A stretch of DNA of 64,000 bases from Sphingomonadales bacterium (GTDB lineage Bacteria > Pseudomonadota > Alphaproteobacteria > Sphingomonadales > Sphingomonadaceae). The notes under the pieces are model-generated. The model ran no database searches. It was not told the origin of the DNA and saw only the letters and a list, made by a program, of their open reading frames with translations. Positions 38,871 to 48,667 of the stretch are shown piece by piece; positions within the stretch are counted from its first letter, which is position 1; each line of letters starts with the position of its first letter. The translations under genes and the position numbers were made by a program. The stretch spans positions 33,551 to 97,550 of the forward strand of contig JAYUOS010000037.1 in NCBI GenBank assembly GCA_043760725.1, given 5' to 3'.

Positions 38871-39785
38871 ATGACGAAAACGCTGACCCATCTTGAGCGG
38901 CTTGAGGCCGAGGCCATCCACATCATGCGCGAGGTTGTGTCAGAATCCGAAAAGCCGGTCATGCTCTATTCGGTCGGCAAGGACAGCGCTGTGATGCTGC
39001 ATCTGGCGCGCAAAGCGTTTTATCCCTCGCCCCCCCCTTTTCCGCTGCTCCATGTCGATACCACCTGGAAGTTTCAGGAAATGTACAAGCTGCGCGACCG
39101 CATGGCGACCGACAGCGGCATGGAGCTGCTCGTTTATCACAACCAAGAAGCGATGGACCGCGGTATTAATCCGTTCGACCACGGCCCGCTGCACACCGAT
39201 ATGTGGAAGACCGAAGGGTTGAAGCAGGCGCTCGACAAATATGGTTTTGACGCAGCCTTTGGCGGCGCGCGCCGCGACGAGGAAAAAAGCCGTGCGAAGG
39301 AACGCATCTTTTCATTCCGCACCGCCACACACGGCTGGGACCCAAAGAACCAGCGACCCGAATTGTGGAACCTGTATAATGCGCGCAAGGCCAAGGCGGA
39401 ATCTATCCGCATCTTCCCGATCTCGAACTGGACCGAGCTCGACATTTGGCAATATATCCATCTGAACGACATCCCGATCGTCCCGCTGTATTTCAGCGCC
39501 AAACGGCCAACCTATGTCCGCGACGGGCAGTTGTTCATGGCCGATGATATCGAGCGTTTGCAAAAGGTGATGGGAACGCTGCCCGAAATCACCGAGCGTT
39601 CAATCCGTTTCCGCACTTTGGGTTGCTCTCCATTGACCGGTGCGGTCGAGAGCGATGCGAAAACACTGCCACAAGTTATTCAGGAAATGCTGCTGGCCAC
39701 GACCAGCGAACGCCAAGGGCGCGTCATCGACAAGGATGGCGGGGATGCTAGCATGGAGAAGAAAAAGCAGGAGGGCTATTTCTGA
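38871..39785 (+). CDS. cysD: sulfate adenylyltransferase subunit 2 (CysD)
   Basis: 304 aa with an AGAGGA RBS and the PP-loop-like [12 protein letters not shown]. The stop overlaps the cysN start. Confidence 0.9.
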   Translation: MTKTLTHLERLEAEAIHIMREVVSESEKPVMLYSVGKDSAVMLHLARKAFYPSPPPFPLLHVDTTWKFQEMYKLRDRMATDSGMELLVYHNQEAMDRGINPFDHGPLHTDMWKTEGLKQALDKYGFDAAFGGARRDEEKSRAKERIFSFRTATHGWDPKNQRPELWNLYNARKAKAESIRIFPISNWTELDIWQYIHLNDIPIVPLYFSAKRPTYVRDGQLFMADDIERLQKVMGTLPEITERSIRFRTLGCSPLTGAVESDAKTLPQVIQEMLLATTSERQGRVIDKDGGDASMEKKKQEGYF

Positions 39786-41710
39786 TGTCCGACGCTGATA
39801 CCATCTATAAAACCGATGCCCTGATCGCCGAGGACATCGACGCCTATCTGGACACGCATCAGCATAAAAGCCTGTTGCGTTTCATCACCTGTGGGTCGGT
39901 CGATGACGGCAAATCGACGCTGATCGGGCGGCTGCTGTATGACAGCAAAATGATCTTTGAAGATCAACTGGAGGCGTTGCAGGCAGACAGCAAACGCGTT
40001 GGTACGCAGGGGCAAGAGATTGACTTTGCCTTGCTTGTCGATGGCCTGGCTGCCGAGCGCGAACAAGGCATTACTATCGACGTTGCCTATCGCTTTTTCG
40101 CCACTGAAAAGCGCAAGTTCATCGTCGCCGATTGCCCGGGACATGAGCAATATACCCGCAACATGTTCACCGGCGCATCAACCGCCGATCTTGCGGTGAT
40201 GATGATCGACGCGCGCAAAGGTGTGTTGGTGCAGACGCGGCGGCATAGCTATTTGTGCAATTTGATCGGCATCAAAAACATCGTTCTTGCGGTCAACAAG
40301 ATGGATTTGATCGATTATGACGGGGCGAAGTACGATGCGATCGTCGCCGATTATGCAGCCTTTGCCGCCGAAATCGGGGTCAAAAATTTCGTCGCCATGC
40401 CGATATCAGGCTTCAAAGGCGACAACATCACGACGCTAAGCGAAAATACTCCGTGGTTTACAGGCAAGCCGTTGATCGAGCATCTGGAATCGGTCGAGAT
40501 CAAAAATGAAGCCGATCAAGCCAAGCCGTTCCGGCTTCCTGTGCAGTGGGTCAACCGGCCCAATCTCGACTTCCGGGGTTTTTCAGGGCTGATCTCCTCT
40601 GGGTCGATCAAGCCCGGTGACGCGGTGCGCGTGCTGCCTTCGGGCAAGACCACCACTGTGACCAAAATTGTGACATTGGACGGCGAATTGGATGAAGCTG
40701 TCGCGGGCCAATCGATCACCGTCTGTTTCGCCGATGAAGTCGATTGTTCACGTGGCAACGTAATCTCTGCTGCTGACAATCCCCCGCAAGTGTCTGACCA
40801 GTTTGAAGCAACCATTGTATGGATGGACAATGATGCACTGCATGTTGGCCGTTCTTATTGGTTGAAGCTTGGCGCCCAGACGGTTTCGGCCACCGTTCAG
40901 CAACCCAAATACACCGTCAACGTCAACGACCCTGTCGGCCTGGGGTCGCAACTGGCAGCCAAGACGCTGGAACTGAACGCCATTGGTGTTGTCGAATTGA
41001 CGACGGACAAGCCGATTGTGTTCGAACCCTATGCCGAGAGCCGAACCCTGGGCGGCTTCATCCTGATCGACAAGATTACCAACCGGACAGTTGGTGCAGG
41101 GATGCTGCATTTCAGCCTTCGCCGTGCGCAAAACGTTCATTGGCAAGCAACCGACATTGGCCGCGACGAACATGCAAGGCTGAAGAACCAAAAAGCCCGT
41201 GTATTGTGGTTCACTGGCCTGTCGGGATCAGGCAAATCGACAATCGCGAATGAGGTTGAAAAGTCGCTGAACCTTATGAACCGGCACACATTCTTGCTCG
41301 ATGGCGACAATGTGCGTCACGGCCTGAACAAGGATCTTGGCTTTACCGAAGCGGATCGGATCGAGAATATCCGCCGTGTTGGCGAAGTCGCAAAGTTGAT
41401 GGCCGACGCTGGGTTGATTGTTCTCACTGCGTTCATTTCACCATTCCGCGCCGAACGCGATATGGTGCGATCTATGCTGCCAGACGGTGAGTTTATCGAG
41501 ATATTCGTCGACACCCCGCTGGAAGTTGCCGAAGCACGCGATGTGAAGGGGCTCTACAAAAAGGCGCGGTCTGGGGCGCTCAAAAACTTCACCGGGATCG
41601 ACAGCCCGTATGAAACGCCGATCAATGCTGAAATCCGCGTGAACACCGTCGAGATGACACCCGCAGAGGCCGCCGAATACATCGTCCGCCAGATTATGCC
41701 GTTGAAATGA
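39785..41710 (+). CDS. cysNC: bifunctional sulfate adenylyltransferase subunit 1 / adenylylsulfate kinase (CysN-CysC fusion)
   Basis: 641 aa. The GTPase motifs are [17 protein letters not shown] and NKMD. The C-terminal APS kinase P-loop is [11 protein letters not shown]. Confidence 0.9.
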   Translation: MSDADTIYKTDALIAEDIDAYLDTHQHKSLLRFITCGSVDDGKSTLIGRLLYDSKMIFEDQLEALQADSKRVGTQGQEIDFALLVDGLAAEREQGITIDVAYRFFATEKRKFIVADCPGHEQYTRNMFTGASTADLAVMMIDARKGVLVQTRRHSYLCNLIGIKNIVLAVNKMDLIDYDGAKYDAIVADYAAFAAEIGVKNFVAMPISGFKGDNITTLSENTPWFTGKPLIEHLESVEIKNEADQAKPFRLPVQWVNRPNLDFRGFSGLISSGSIKPGDAVRVLPSGKTTTVTKIVTLDGELDEAVAGQSITVCFADEVDCSRGNVISAADNPPQVSDQFEATIVWMDNDALHVGRSYWLKLGAQTVSATVQQPKYTVNVNDPVGLGSQLAAKTLELNAIGVVELTTDKPIVFEPYAESRTLGGFILIDKITNRTVGAGMLHFSLRRAQNVHWQATDIGRDEHARLKNQKARVLWFTGLSGSGKSTIANEVEKSLNLMNRHTFLLDGDNVRHGLNKDLGFTEADRIENIRRVGEVAKLMADAGLIVLTAFISPFRAERDMVRSMLPDGEFIEIFVDTPLEVAEARDVKGLYKKARSGALKNFTGIDSPYETPINAEIRVNTVEMTPAEAAEYIVRQIMPLK

Positions 41711-42441
41711 GTTTGACTATGGACGATCACGAACTCGCAAGCCATTTGGCGCAGGTTGCTGGAAAACTGCTGCTTGACGTGCAGGCCTCAGGCCTGCTGT
41801 CGGGAGATGCGCTTGGCAAAGCGGGCGACGAGACTGCAAACCAGTTTTTGTGCCACGCGATCCGCGACCGGCGCGCCGATGATGGTTTGTTGTCAGAGGA
41901 AGAAAAGGACAACCCCGAACGGCTTTCCAAATCGCGCGTCTGGATCATCGATCCGGTTGATGGCACCCGCGAATATGGTGAAGGGCGCACCGATTGGGCG
42001 GTGCATGTCGCGCTTGCCATCGATGGTCGGCCCGCGATTGGCGCGGTCGCGCTTCCCGGATTGGATGTTGTCCTGCGTACCGATCAGCCACAACCCTTGC
42101 CCGACGCGGCAGCCGTGCCGCGCATGGTCGTCAGCCGCACCCGGCCAGCCAAGGAAGCGCTATTTGTGGCCGAAAAAATCGGTGCCGAACTGATCCCGAT
42201 GGGGAGCGCTGGCGCGAAAGCGATGGCCATCGTGCGCGGTGAGGCCGATATCTATCTCCACACTGGAGGTCAGTTCGAATGGGATAGTTGCGCCCCCGCC
42301 GCAGTTGCGCTCGCACATGGCCTGCACGTCAGCCGCATCGACGGCACCGCGATGGTCTATAACCAAGCCAATGTGTACATGCCCGACCTGCTGATTTGTC
42401 GCCAAGAATGGGCGGACCGGATATTGATGATGTTGAATTGA
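41707..42441 (+). CDS. cysQ: 3'(2'),5'-bisphosphate nucleotidase CysQ
   Basis: 244 aa with an ATGA overlap with cysNC. The inositol monophosphatase family motifs are LSEEE and [12 protein letters not shown]. Confidence 0.8.
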   Translation: MSLTMDDHELASHLAQVAGKLLLDVQASGLLSGDALGKAGDETANQFLCHAIRDRRADDGLLSEEEKDNPERLSKSRVWIIDPVDGTREYGEGRTDWAVHVALAIDGRPAIGAVALPGLDVVLRTDQPQPLPDAAAVPRMVVSRTRPAKEALFVAEKIGAELIPMGSAGAKAMAIVRGEADIYLHTGGQFEWDSCAPAAVALAHGLHVSRIDGTAMVYNQANVYMPDLLICRQEWADRILMMLN

Positions 42442-42444
42442 AGC

Positions 42445-42478
42445 GCATAAGGGGAAGCATCGCGCCCTCCCCTTATGC
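42445..42478. terminator. hairpin between convergent genes (possible bidirectional terminator)
   Basis: gcataagggga (42445..42455) pairs with tccccttatgc (42468..42478) around a 12-nt loop. It lies between the cysQ stop (42441) and the stop of the giant minus-strand gene (42510). There is no clear T-tract. Confidence 0.45.
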
Positions 42479-42509
42479 AACTCCGTGCTAAAGGCGACTA
42501 TAACCCTGG

Positions 42510-45500
42510 TTATCTTGGTTGTGGATCACGAGGCTGCTTTGGCTTATCCCCTCCACCTCCACCTCCACCGCCAATACCGATGCCGATGTTAAATTTGAAC
42601 TTCGACTTCTTCTTTTTCTTTGGCGCGACTTTCTGATTGGAGAGGCAGAGCCAGCTGTTGGTTACAGTCACCGTCTTATTATTGGTGGGGAAATCCCCAG
42701 CTACGGGCATAGGCAGCGAATAGGTCGGTGCGTTCCAAGTAGCTATCGACCCTGGCGTGGCTGTGTCGCAATAGGTTTGGGCAGCTGCGGGCAGCGCCGG
42801 CTGAACCTCACTAAGCATACAATGTCCGCCGACCGGGACGAAACCACCTACATTAATAGTGCCGCTGGTAGTTGCAGTATTGATCGTCACCGAGCCGGTC
42901 AGCAATGCGCCAGATGACATAGTCCCGGTGCAATTACGGCTAATGACATAGGGCAGCGCAGGTAGCGGCGGAGCACCCGCCGGTCCCTCTACTTTCTTGA
43001 TTGCCGCGAGAAACCAAGGGTGATTCAAGACGCATTTCCATTTGTTGGTGACAGTCACCGTTTGGATGCCGGGCCCCATGTTGACGCTGGGCGACGAGTA
43101 GGTCGGGGCTTCCCAAATGGCGGTGTAGCTGGCGCCAGCGGTTGCTTGACAATGGCTTACAGCTGCGGCTGGAATAGCTGGTACAGTCTCGTTTACCACA
43201 CAATTAGCATTCTCGGGTGTAGTAAACATATCGCTGTTGCCGAAGGCGGCGTTGGATGAAGCCAAAGTCGTAATTGGCAAGCCCGGTGTCGAGGCAACCG
43301 GATTGCAGATCACGCCGATGTTAAAGATTGTCTGCGGGAACTGCGTCGGAATTGCAGGACCTTGTACATTCTTAATGACTTCCAATTGGTCAGTGGCATT
43401 GGGGTTATTGGGCACACAGCTCCAAATATTAATGACCCTCACGGTCTGCGGAGCAGCTGTGATCGTCAGGCTGACAGGAGGCCAAGTCTGCCAAGTGGCA
43501 GTCGTGTTTGCCGGACAAAATGCTGTCATTGCAGGGTCAACCGGCAACGGTTGCACTTCAGACAATGTGCAATTGGCACCAACAGGTGCAACAATGGGCC
43601 CGCCATTCGTTCCGCTGTGAGGATAGCTAGTGGTGATAGCCGCAGTGGAAACACTCGCTGCAGGCGTACACGTCGCGTTGATCGTAAAGGTCATGTTCGG
43701 CAATTGCGCGGTTGGACCTTGCACGATTTTGATCAAGTCGATTTGTCCGTTGTTGGACTTACAACTCCAAGTATTGGTAACCGTCACCGTCTGTCCGGCA
43801 CTGGTGATTGTCACGCTCGGCGGGGTCGAGCTGGTTTGTCCATTGTATGTATAGGTCGGAGCATCCCATTCCGGCGTTGTGCCTCCAGTGCAATAATTAG
43901 TAGCAAAGGGCGGAAATACAGTTGGGAAATTGGTGGTGTCTTCGGTGACTGTACACACCGCATTAAGTGGGGCAATAACCGAACCGTCCGCCGTGAGCCA
44001 GTTATAACCCGTTCCTGTGGTGAGAGTTAATGCCGTTGGTGTTGAATTAGGCGAGCAATTTGTATTCACGGTCCAATTTTCAGATGTCCATTGGTAAGTC
44101 GGTCCAGGCGGGATTTGGGTTTTGAAGATTTTTTTGACCGCCAAAGTTCCCGTGTTTGGTAGACAATGCCACGCATTGTTCACCGTCACAGTTTGAACGC
44201 CGTTGGTGATGGTTACGCTTGGCGGGGTCGATGTCGTCACGCCGTTCACAGTATAGGTAGGTGCATCCCATGCCGGTATTCCGCCACCATTTGCCGGAAG
44301 CGAGCAGTAGTTTTTGATTGCGTTCGAAAAGGCTATTGTCGGCGTCGGTTCCGTCACCGTGCAGTTGTCAGCTATGGGAGCCGTTACCATGCCGCTGCCG
44401 GTGATCACTGCATTGCCAGAAGCGGGCGTGTTGATTGTCACAGTTGAGGACGCCCCCGACGGCGTGCAATTGGTATTGATCGTCCAGATCGTCGCTGGCC
44501 ATTGAACAGCGGTTTGCAGGGTCGTGAAAGATTTGATCACCTCCAACTGGCCCGTTACAGGCACACATTTCCAAGAGTTGGTAATGGAAACTTGCGCACC
44601 GTTGGCACCAATCGGCACCTTACCATTGCTCGGCGCAATAAGCGGCGTATTCCATTCCGGCTTGTTTCCCGGACCACAGAACGTCTTTGCAGACGCTGGG
44701 AAGGCAGGCAATGGCGAGTTTTCTGTCACAGTGCAGCTTGCGTTTAGCTGCACAGGGAATGTGATGGTGCCAACCGCTAAACCGTTATTGACCGGTTGGG
44801 TCGCGCTACCGCCGGGAGTGCAGTTTGCGGTGACACTGAAATTCAGGTTCGTTAGGACAACGCTCCCTGCAGGGTTGCTGATCCGTTTTGTGACGGTCAA
44901 TATCGGCCCTTTTGTGCAACGATAGGTATTGGTGACAGTCACCTGATTACCTGTTGCGCTTAATGCCCCCAGAGTGATCGGCGCATTACTGCTAACCGCA
45001 ACATTTCCGACACCACCGCAACGCTGTGCCATCGCCGCCGGAATTGCGGGCATTGCGGTTTCTGCGACTTTGCAGGTTCCGCTCATCGGCACAGTATTTA
45101 CGGTGAAGTAGTTGCTGTATCCATTGGGGTTGGTCGTGTGCAGCGACGTGCTCGGGGAAGCCGTAGGGATGCCATAAGGCGTGCAACTAACTTCAAGCTT
45201 GAACTGGCCAAGCGCGGTGATACCTGCGCCTGTTTGGTCAATGACTTGTTTGCGCACCGAGATCGTCGTGACCGGGATGACGGGCACATTGTAATCGGTG
45301 CATTTGGGGTTGATGCCGCTGTTATTATACCAGCCGGGTCCAGCCTCTGCCCCTTGCGCCTCGACACAGGCCCGGTTGTTGACATCCTGTCCTTGCTTAA
45401 TTGCCGATCCGGGCAGCGTCAGATTCCAGATGCCACTGGCCCCAACGCCGAGATTTTTGATCCCGATCTGCCATTTGACGTTATGCGGAACAGGTGCAGT

Positions 45501-47981
45501 CCAGCACCAGCTTGACGCACAGCTACCAGAGGCGACCATGGTGTTTGAATAAGGCGCAGCAAAACCGTCTTTTACAACAAATCCAGGGGTTGCAGGGCCG
45601 GTGAGGGCACTTTGCGCGGTGTTCGTAGTCGTGATCGTATACGTAATCGGATTGGTATTGCCGAAATAGGTCCACGGACTTGAACCGCTCGGCAGCCCGC
45701 CAACCACGCCCGACTTGTTAATGTTTGCATCCCAGCATTTTGGCAACGCAGCCTCAACGGTCGCCCAATTTTTGTCCTGTGGCTTGGGGTTCGACCCGGC
45801 TCCCAGAGTGTAGTTACCCGATGGCGGCCAAGCGATGTTGCTGTTGAACGGATGGGTAACATCCATCAGCGCCAGATTTTCAAACAATGCCGGTTTGGTG
45901 GTGCAATATTTATCATTCAACGGCGGGCGTTTGATGACGATGCTAATCTTACAATCAATCGTTCCACCGCTGGGAAAGGCGATGTTGCTGCCCAGATTGA
46001 TCGTCGGTGATCCTTGCGCGGGTGATGATGTGTGGACAGCGGTGCCGTTGATAACGCCATTTGCACTTGGGCCGCCGCTCCACGATGCCTGACACTTCCA
46101 TGTCGAGGTAAATGGCAATGAAGTCGCATAATCGGGAATCGATATCCGCGCGACGTCGATTACCGTGCCGATGTTGCGCGCCGGACCAAGGTTAGTGAAT
46201 GATACACGATAGTCGAGCGGCACGCCAAATTCCACAACCGCCGGATTGTTTTTCAGAGTTTTTTTAACAAGGAATTCGCAGGCCGGTTGCGGTTCCATCT
46301 CAGTTATCGCTTTGGCTTGCTGCGTAAAGGTGGTGGTCTGCCCCGTTACTGTGATCGCGCCATAAGGCGACGCTTTATACGTCGCGCGCGCAATATTGAT
46401 GATCGGTTTTGGATTGGCATTCGGCACAGTTTCGCAGTCTGGCTCAGCATAGACGAACGTCGTATAAAATGTGATCTTCTCACCGGGCTGCATTTCGATT
46501 TTCTCGGTTGTGTCCCAAGCGTGATCGACCTCTCCGTAAAACGTGTAGCTGTGATCAGGGTCGGCTGAGATTCCAGGCGTAAAGTCGCTACAACCCGCAG
46601 AAATGGTGGTCTCCGAAGGTTCGCATACTGTATCAACATGGATGCGGGTAAAGGGCGGCGTGTTCACGCCTTCCTGCACCCAATCTTGAAGGTCATTCTT
46701 TGCAATGGTAATTTGCTGCGCGGGGATCGACGCATTTTCGATGACTATTTTATACGTCACCTTTGAGTTCCACGGCACAGGGTTGCTCGGATCGACCTGC
46801 TCTTTGGTCATTTTCAAATGGCCGGTCCCGCAATTGGGATCAACTTTTGTCTGACCGGTTTCTACTGCGGCATTGACCGCCGCTGTGTTGTTAGCAGGGT
46901 TCAGCTCTGTTTTTGCAGACGTCGCGTTGGCAAGGGTAAAGAAGGTTTCGTTACGAAGGCCATTAGCGTCTTTCACCTGGATGCAATTCAGTCCGCCAAG
47001 CTGTAATATTCTGACTTTGATGGTCAACGTCATGGTCGAACCAGACTGCAAATGGCCATTGCTGCCCGCTGGGTATTTCCAGTCAAAGAAATTGTGATAG
47101 CCCATTGTGCCGACCAGGGTTGGTGTGCCGCCGGTCAGGTTGATGTCGTTCGGATCAAGGCAATCATTAGGCGTCGAGCCAGATGCTGGCGTCACCGAAC
47201 AGTTCGCACTGACAAACTCTACGTTCAACGGAACGCTGTTGGGCAATAGTGAAAACCGGTCATGCAATACAAACCAGTTGCCGACATCAACATCGGCGGG
47301 GCCATTGTTTTTGACAGTGATAGTGTAGGTAATGTTTCCGTTACCAGTGGTCAGATTGACCGCGTTCGGTGATGCCATTTTGGTAACCGAAAGATCGGCA
47401 TTAATCGGCGTAGTTCCCAAAACCTCGGTGGTAACGTCGTCCTTTGCGTTATGCGTGGGCGAATTGCCCTCTGCTTTGTTGAGTTTCGTCCCAGACGAAG
47501 TGAATATGCCGGGCGCAAAACAGGTGACGGTCCGGCCAACGCCTAAAGTGATTTTGACAATTCCGTTGGTCGCAGTGCTGGCAAACGGAAATACACTGGC
47601 CCCTAAATCATCCCTGCAAAATATGGGGCCGGAGGGCGTGAATCCGAATGACGAAGGATTGCTTAGCTTTGTGTCAATGATGTCGACATCTTGCTGCGGC
47701 TGGCTCCAGGGATTGGTAACCGCAAATGTGTAATACACCGGTGTGTTCATCGGCACCGGGGTCGCCAACGTGCAATCCGCCGGTTTTGACAGCATCATCG
47801 GATTGCCAGCGCAGAAATTCTTTTTAAAGCTGAATTTCGGGCCAGCCGCTGTCGCCAGTGCTGTAATTCCGATAATCATAACAAGCGCAAGCACCGCCCA
47901 AAACCAACGCGGAATATTCCGTCCAGATTCTGGTTCTTTTGAACCACCAAAATTGGCGTCAGCTGCTGTATCGATGCTCAT
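42510..47981 (-). CDS. giant secreted/surface protein: N-terminal signal/anchor, DUF11-type Ig-like domains, seven tandem 4-Cys modules, Lys/Gly-rich tail
   Basis: The ORF has 1823 codons and a GGGGAG RBS. The N-terminus is RWFWAVLALVMIIGITALATAAG. The DUF11 hallmark is ADLSVTKMASPN...ITYTITVKNNGPADV. The Thr/Asn/Pro-rich composition is typical of adhesins. Confidence 0.85.
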   Translation of the reverse strand: MSIDTAADANFGGSKEPESGRNIPRWFWAVLALVMIIGITALATAAGPKFSFKKNFCAGNPMMLSKPADCTLATPVPMNTPVYYTFAVTNPWSQPQQDVDIIDTKLSNPSSFGFTPSGPIFCRDDLGASVFPFASTATNGIVKITLGVGRTVTCFAPGIFTSSGTKLNKAEGNSPTHNAKDDVTTEVLGTTPINADLSVTKMASPNAVNLTTGNGNITYTITVKNNGPADVDVGNWFVLHDRFSLLPNSVPLNVEFVSANCSVTPASGSTPNDCLDPNDINLTGGTPTLVGTMGYHNFFDWKYPAGSNGHLQSGSTMTLTIKVRILQLGGLNCIQVKDANGLRNETFFTLANATSAKTELNPANNTAAVNAAVETGQTKVDPNCGTGHLKMTKEQVDPSNPVPWNSKVTYKIVIENASIPAQQITIAKNDLQDWVQEGVNTPPFTRIHVDTVCEPSETTISAGCSDFTPGISADPDHSYTFYGEVDHAWDTTEKIEMQPGEKITFYTTFVYAEPDCETVPNANPKPIINIARATYKASPYGAITVTGQTTTFTQQAKAITEMEPQPACEFLVKKTLKNNPAVVEFGVPLDYRVSFTNLGPARNIGTVIDVARISIPDYATSLPFTSTWKCQASWSGGPSANGVINGTAVHTSSPAQGSPTINLGSNIAFPSGGTIDCKISIVIKRPPLNDKYCTTKPALFENLALMDVTHPFNSNIAWPPSGNYTLGAGSNPKPQDKNWATVEAALPKCWDANINKSGVVGGLPSGSSPWTYFGNTNPITYTITTTNTAQSALTGPATPGFVVKDGFAAPYSNTMVASGSCASSWCWTAPVPHNVKWQIGIKNLGVGASGIWNLTLPGSAIKQGQDVNNRACVEAQGAEAGPGWYNNSGINPKCTDYNVPVIPVTTISVRKQVIDQTGAGITALGQFKLEVSCTPYGIPTASPSTSLHTTNPNGYSNYFTVNTVPMSGTCKVAETAMPAIPAAMAQRCGGVGNVAVSSNAPITLGALSATGNQVTVTNTYRCTKGPILTVTKRISNPAGSVVLTNLNFSVTANCTPGGSATQPVNNGLAVGTITFPVQLNASCTVTENSPLPAFPASAKTFCGPGNKPEWNTPLIAPSNGKVPIGANGAQVSITNSWKCVPVTGQLEVIKSFTTLQTAVQWPATIWTINTNCTPSGASSTVTINTPASGNAVITGSGMVTAPIADNCTVTEPTPTIAFSNAIKNYCSLPANGGGIPAWDAPTYTVNGVTTSTPPSVTITNGVQTVTVNNAWHCLPNTGTLAVKKIFKTQIPPGPTYQWTSENWTVNTNCSPNSTPTALTLTTGTGYNWLTADGSVIAPLNAVCTVTEDTTNFPTVFPPFATNYCTGGTTPEWDAPTYTYNGQTSSTPPSVTITSAGQTVTVTNTWSCKSNNGQIDLIKIVQGPTAQLPNMTFTINATCTPAASVSTAAITTSYPHSGTNGGPIVAPVGANCTLSEVQPLPVDPAMTAFCPANTTATWQTWPPVSLTITAAPQTVRVINIWSCVPNNPNATDQLEVIKNVQGPAIPTQFPQTIFNIGVICNPVASTPGLPITTLASSNAAFGNSDMFTTPENANCVVNETVPAIPAAAVSHCQATAGASYTAIWEAPTYSSPSVNMGPGIQTVTVTNKWKCVLNHPWFLAAIKKVEGPAGAPPLPALPYVISRNCTGTMSSGALLTGSVTINTATTSGTINVGGFVPVGGHCMLSEVQPALPAAAQTYCDTATPGSIATWNAPTYSLPMPVAGDFPTNNKTVTVTNSWLCLSNQKVAPKKKKKSKFKFNIGIGIGGGGGGGGDKPKQPRDPQPR
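42645..45269 (-). repeat. seven tandem protein-level repeat modules (115-134 aa each) inside the giant gene
   Basis: The modules span residues ~905-1779. Each follows the pattern L.V.K ... NC(T/S)P ... C(T/K/V)V.E ... (F/Y/H/R)C ... VTV(T/N)N.W.C, so four Cys are conserved per module. The modules have diverged at the DNA level. Confidence 0.7.
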
Positions 47982-48208
47982 CGTCTGCTCCCCGTTTCCA
48001 TACCTTTGCGCAACGGGCGAAAGGCTGGTCTAGGGTTAGTCGTTCGGCATAGGGGAATGGTTCAATCGAACGCGAATTATTTTTTCGTTGCCCTAAACGC
48101 AACAGCACCGATCGCCTCGATTGCGCCATTAACTGACACATTCTGGGCAACCGGTGCTTGCGCTTCTGCGATGGTCGAGTTCGCAGAAGAGGGAGAAGGG
48201 TGCCGCTA

Positions 48209-48574
48209 CTAGGGCAGCGTGATCATTTCCGACGGAGCAGATTGCACACCGTCTTGGCGCAGGATCACATGATAGGTGCCGGGCGGAAGGTTGTTGACCG
48301 GAACAGACACAGTAGTGCCGGTGGTCGCCGCCATTTTTCCGCAATCTTTGCGCGTCGTGAAAATTTTGGTCTGCTTCAACGTGGTTGTTTCGCTGACCCA
48401 GATTTTTACGGTCCCCTCATCCTTCACGCACGTGGTGGTCACAATCAAGCTGTCGCCGGTGGCGGTTGTGATTTTAGACACAGAACTAATCGTCAACGTC
48501 CCGAGCGCCCATGCGGGGGTAGAAAGCGCTGCTATGGCCATTGCGGCCAAGGCGAATTTGGTCATGTTTTTCAC
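48209..48574 (-). CDS. small secreted protein (beta-rich, 2 Cys)
   Basis: The GTG at 48574 lies 8 nt after AGGAGA. The signal peptide is KNMTKFALAAMAIAALSTPAWA. The mature protein is ~97 aa, Thr/Val-rich, with LPPGTYHV. I recognise no family. Confidence 0.55.
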   Translation of the reverse strand: MKNMTKFALAAMAIAALSTPAWALGTLTISSVSKITTATGDSLIVTTTCVKDEGTVKIWVSETTTLKQTKIFTTRKDCGKMAATTGTTVSVPVNNLPPGTYHVILRQDGVQSAPSEMITLP

Positions 48575-48667
48575 GGAAATTTTCTCCTGCCTTTTTTGAA
48601 CTCTGACACAGTCGGACCGAGCGTCGAAAAGGTTCAAAATGCAGCGAGATCTTTTTTGAGTAGACGA

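Noticed and set aside
42551-42568. The (ctccac)x3 repeat encoding the poly-Gly run, considered as a phase-variation on/off switch.
   Set aside because: The unit length is 6 nt, so slippage keeps the reading frame. It can only change the glycine-run length, not switch expression.
42645-45269. Periodic structure considered as a CRISPR array or DNA-level tandem repeat.
   Set aside because: The periodicity is at the protein level (115-134 aa modules) inside one continuous ORF. The units have diverged in nucleotide sequence and there is no short conserved repeat/spacer architecture.
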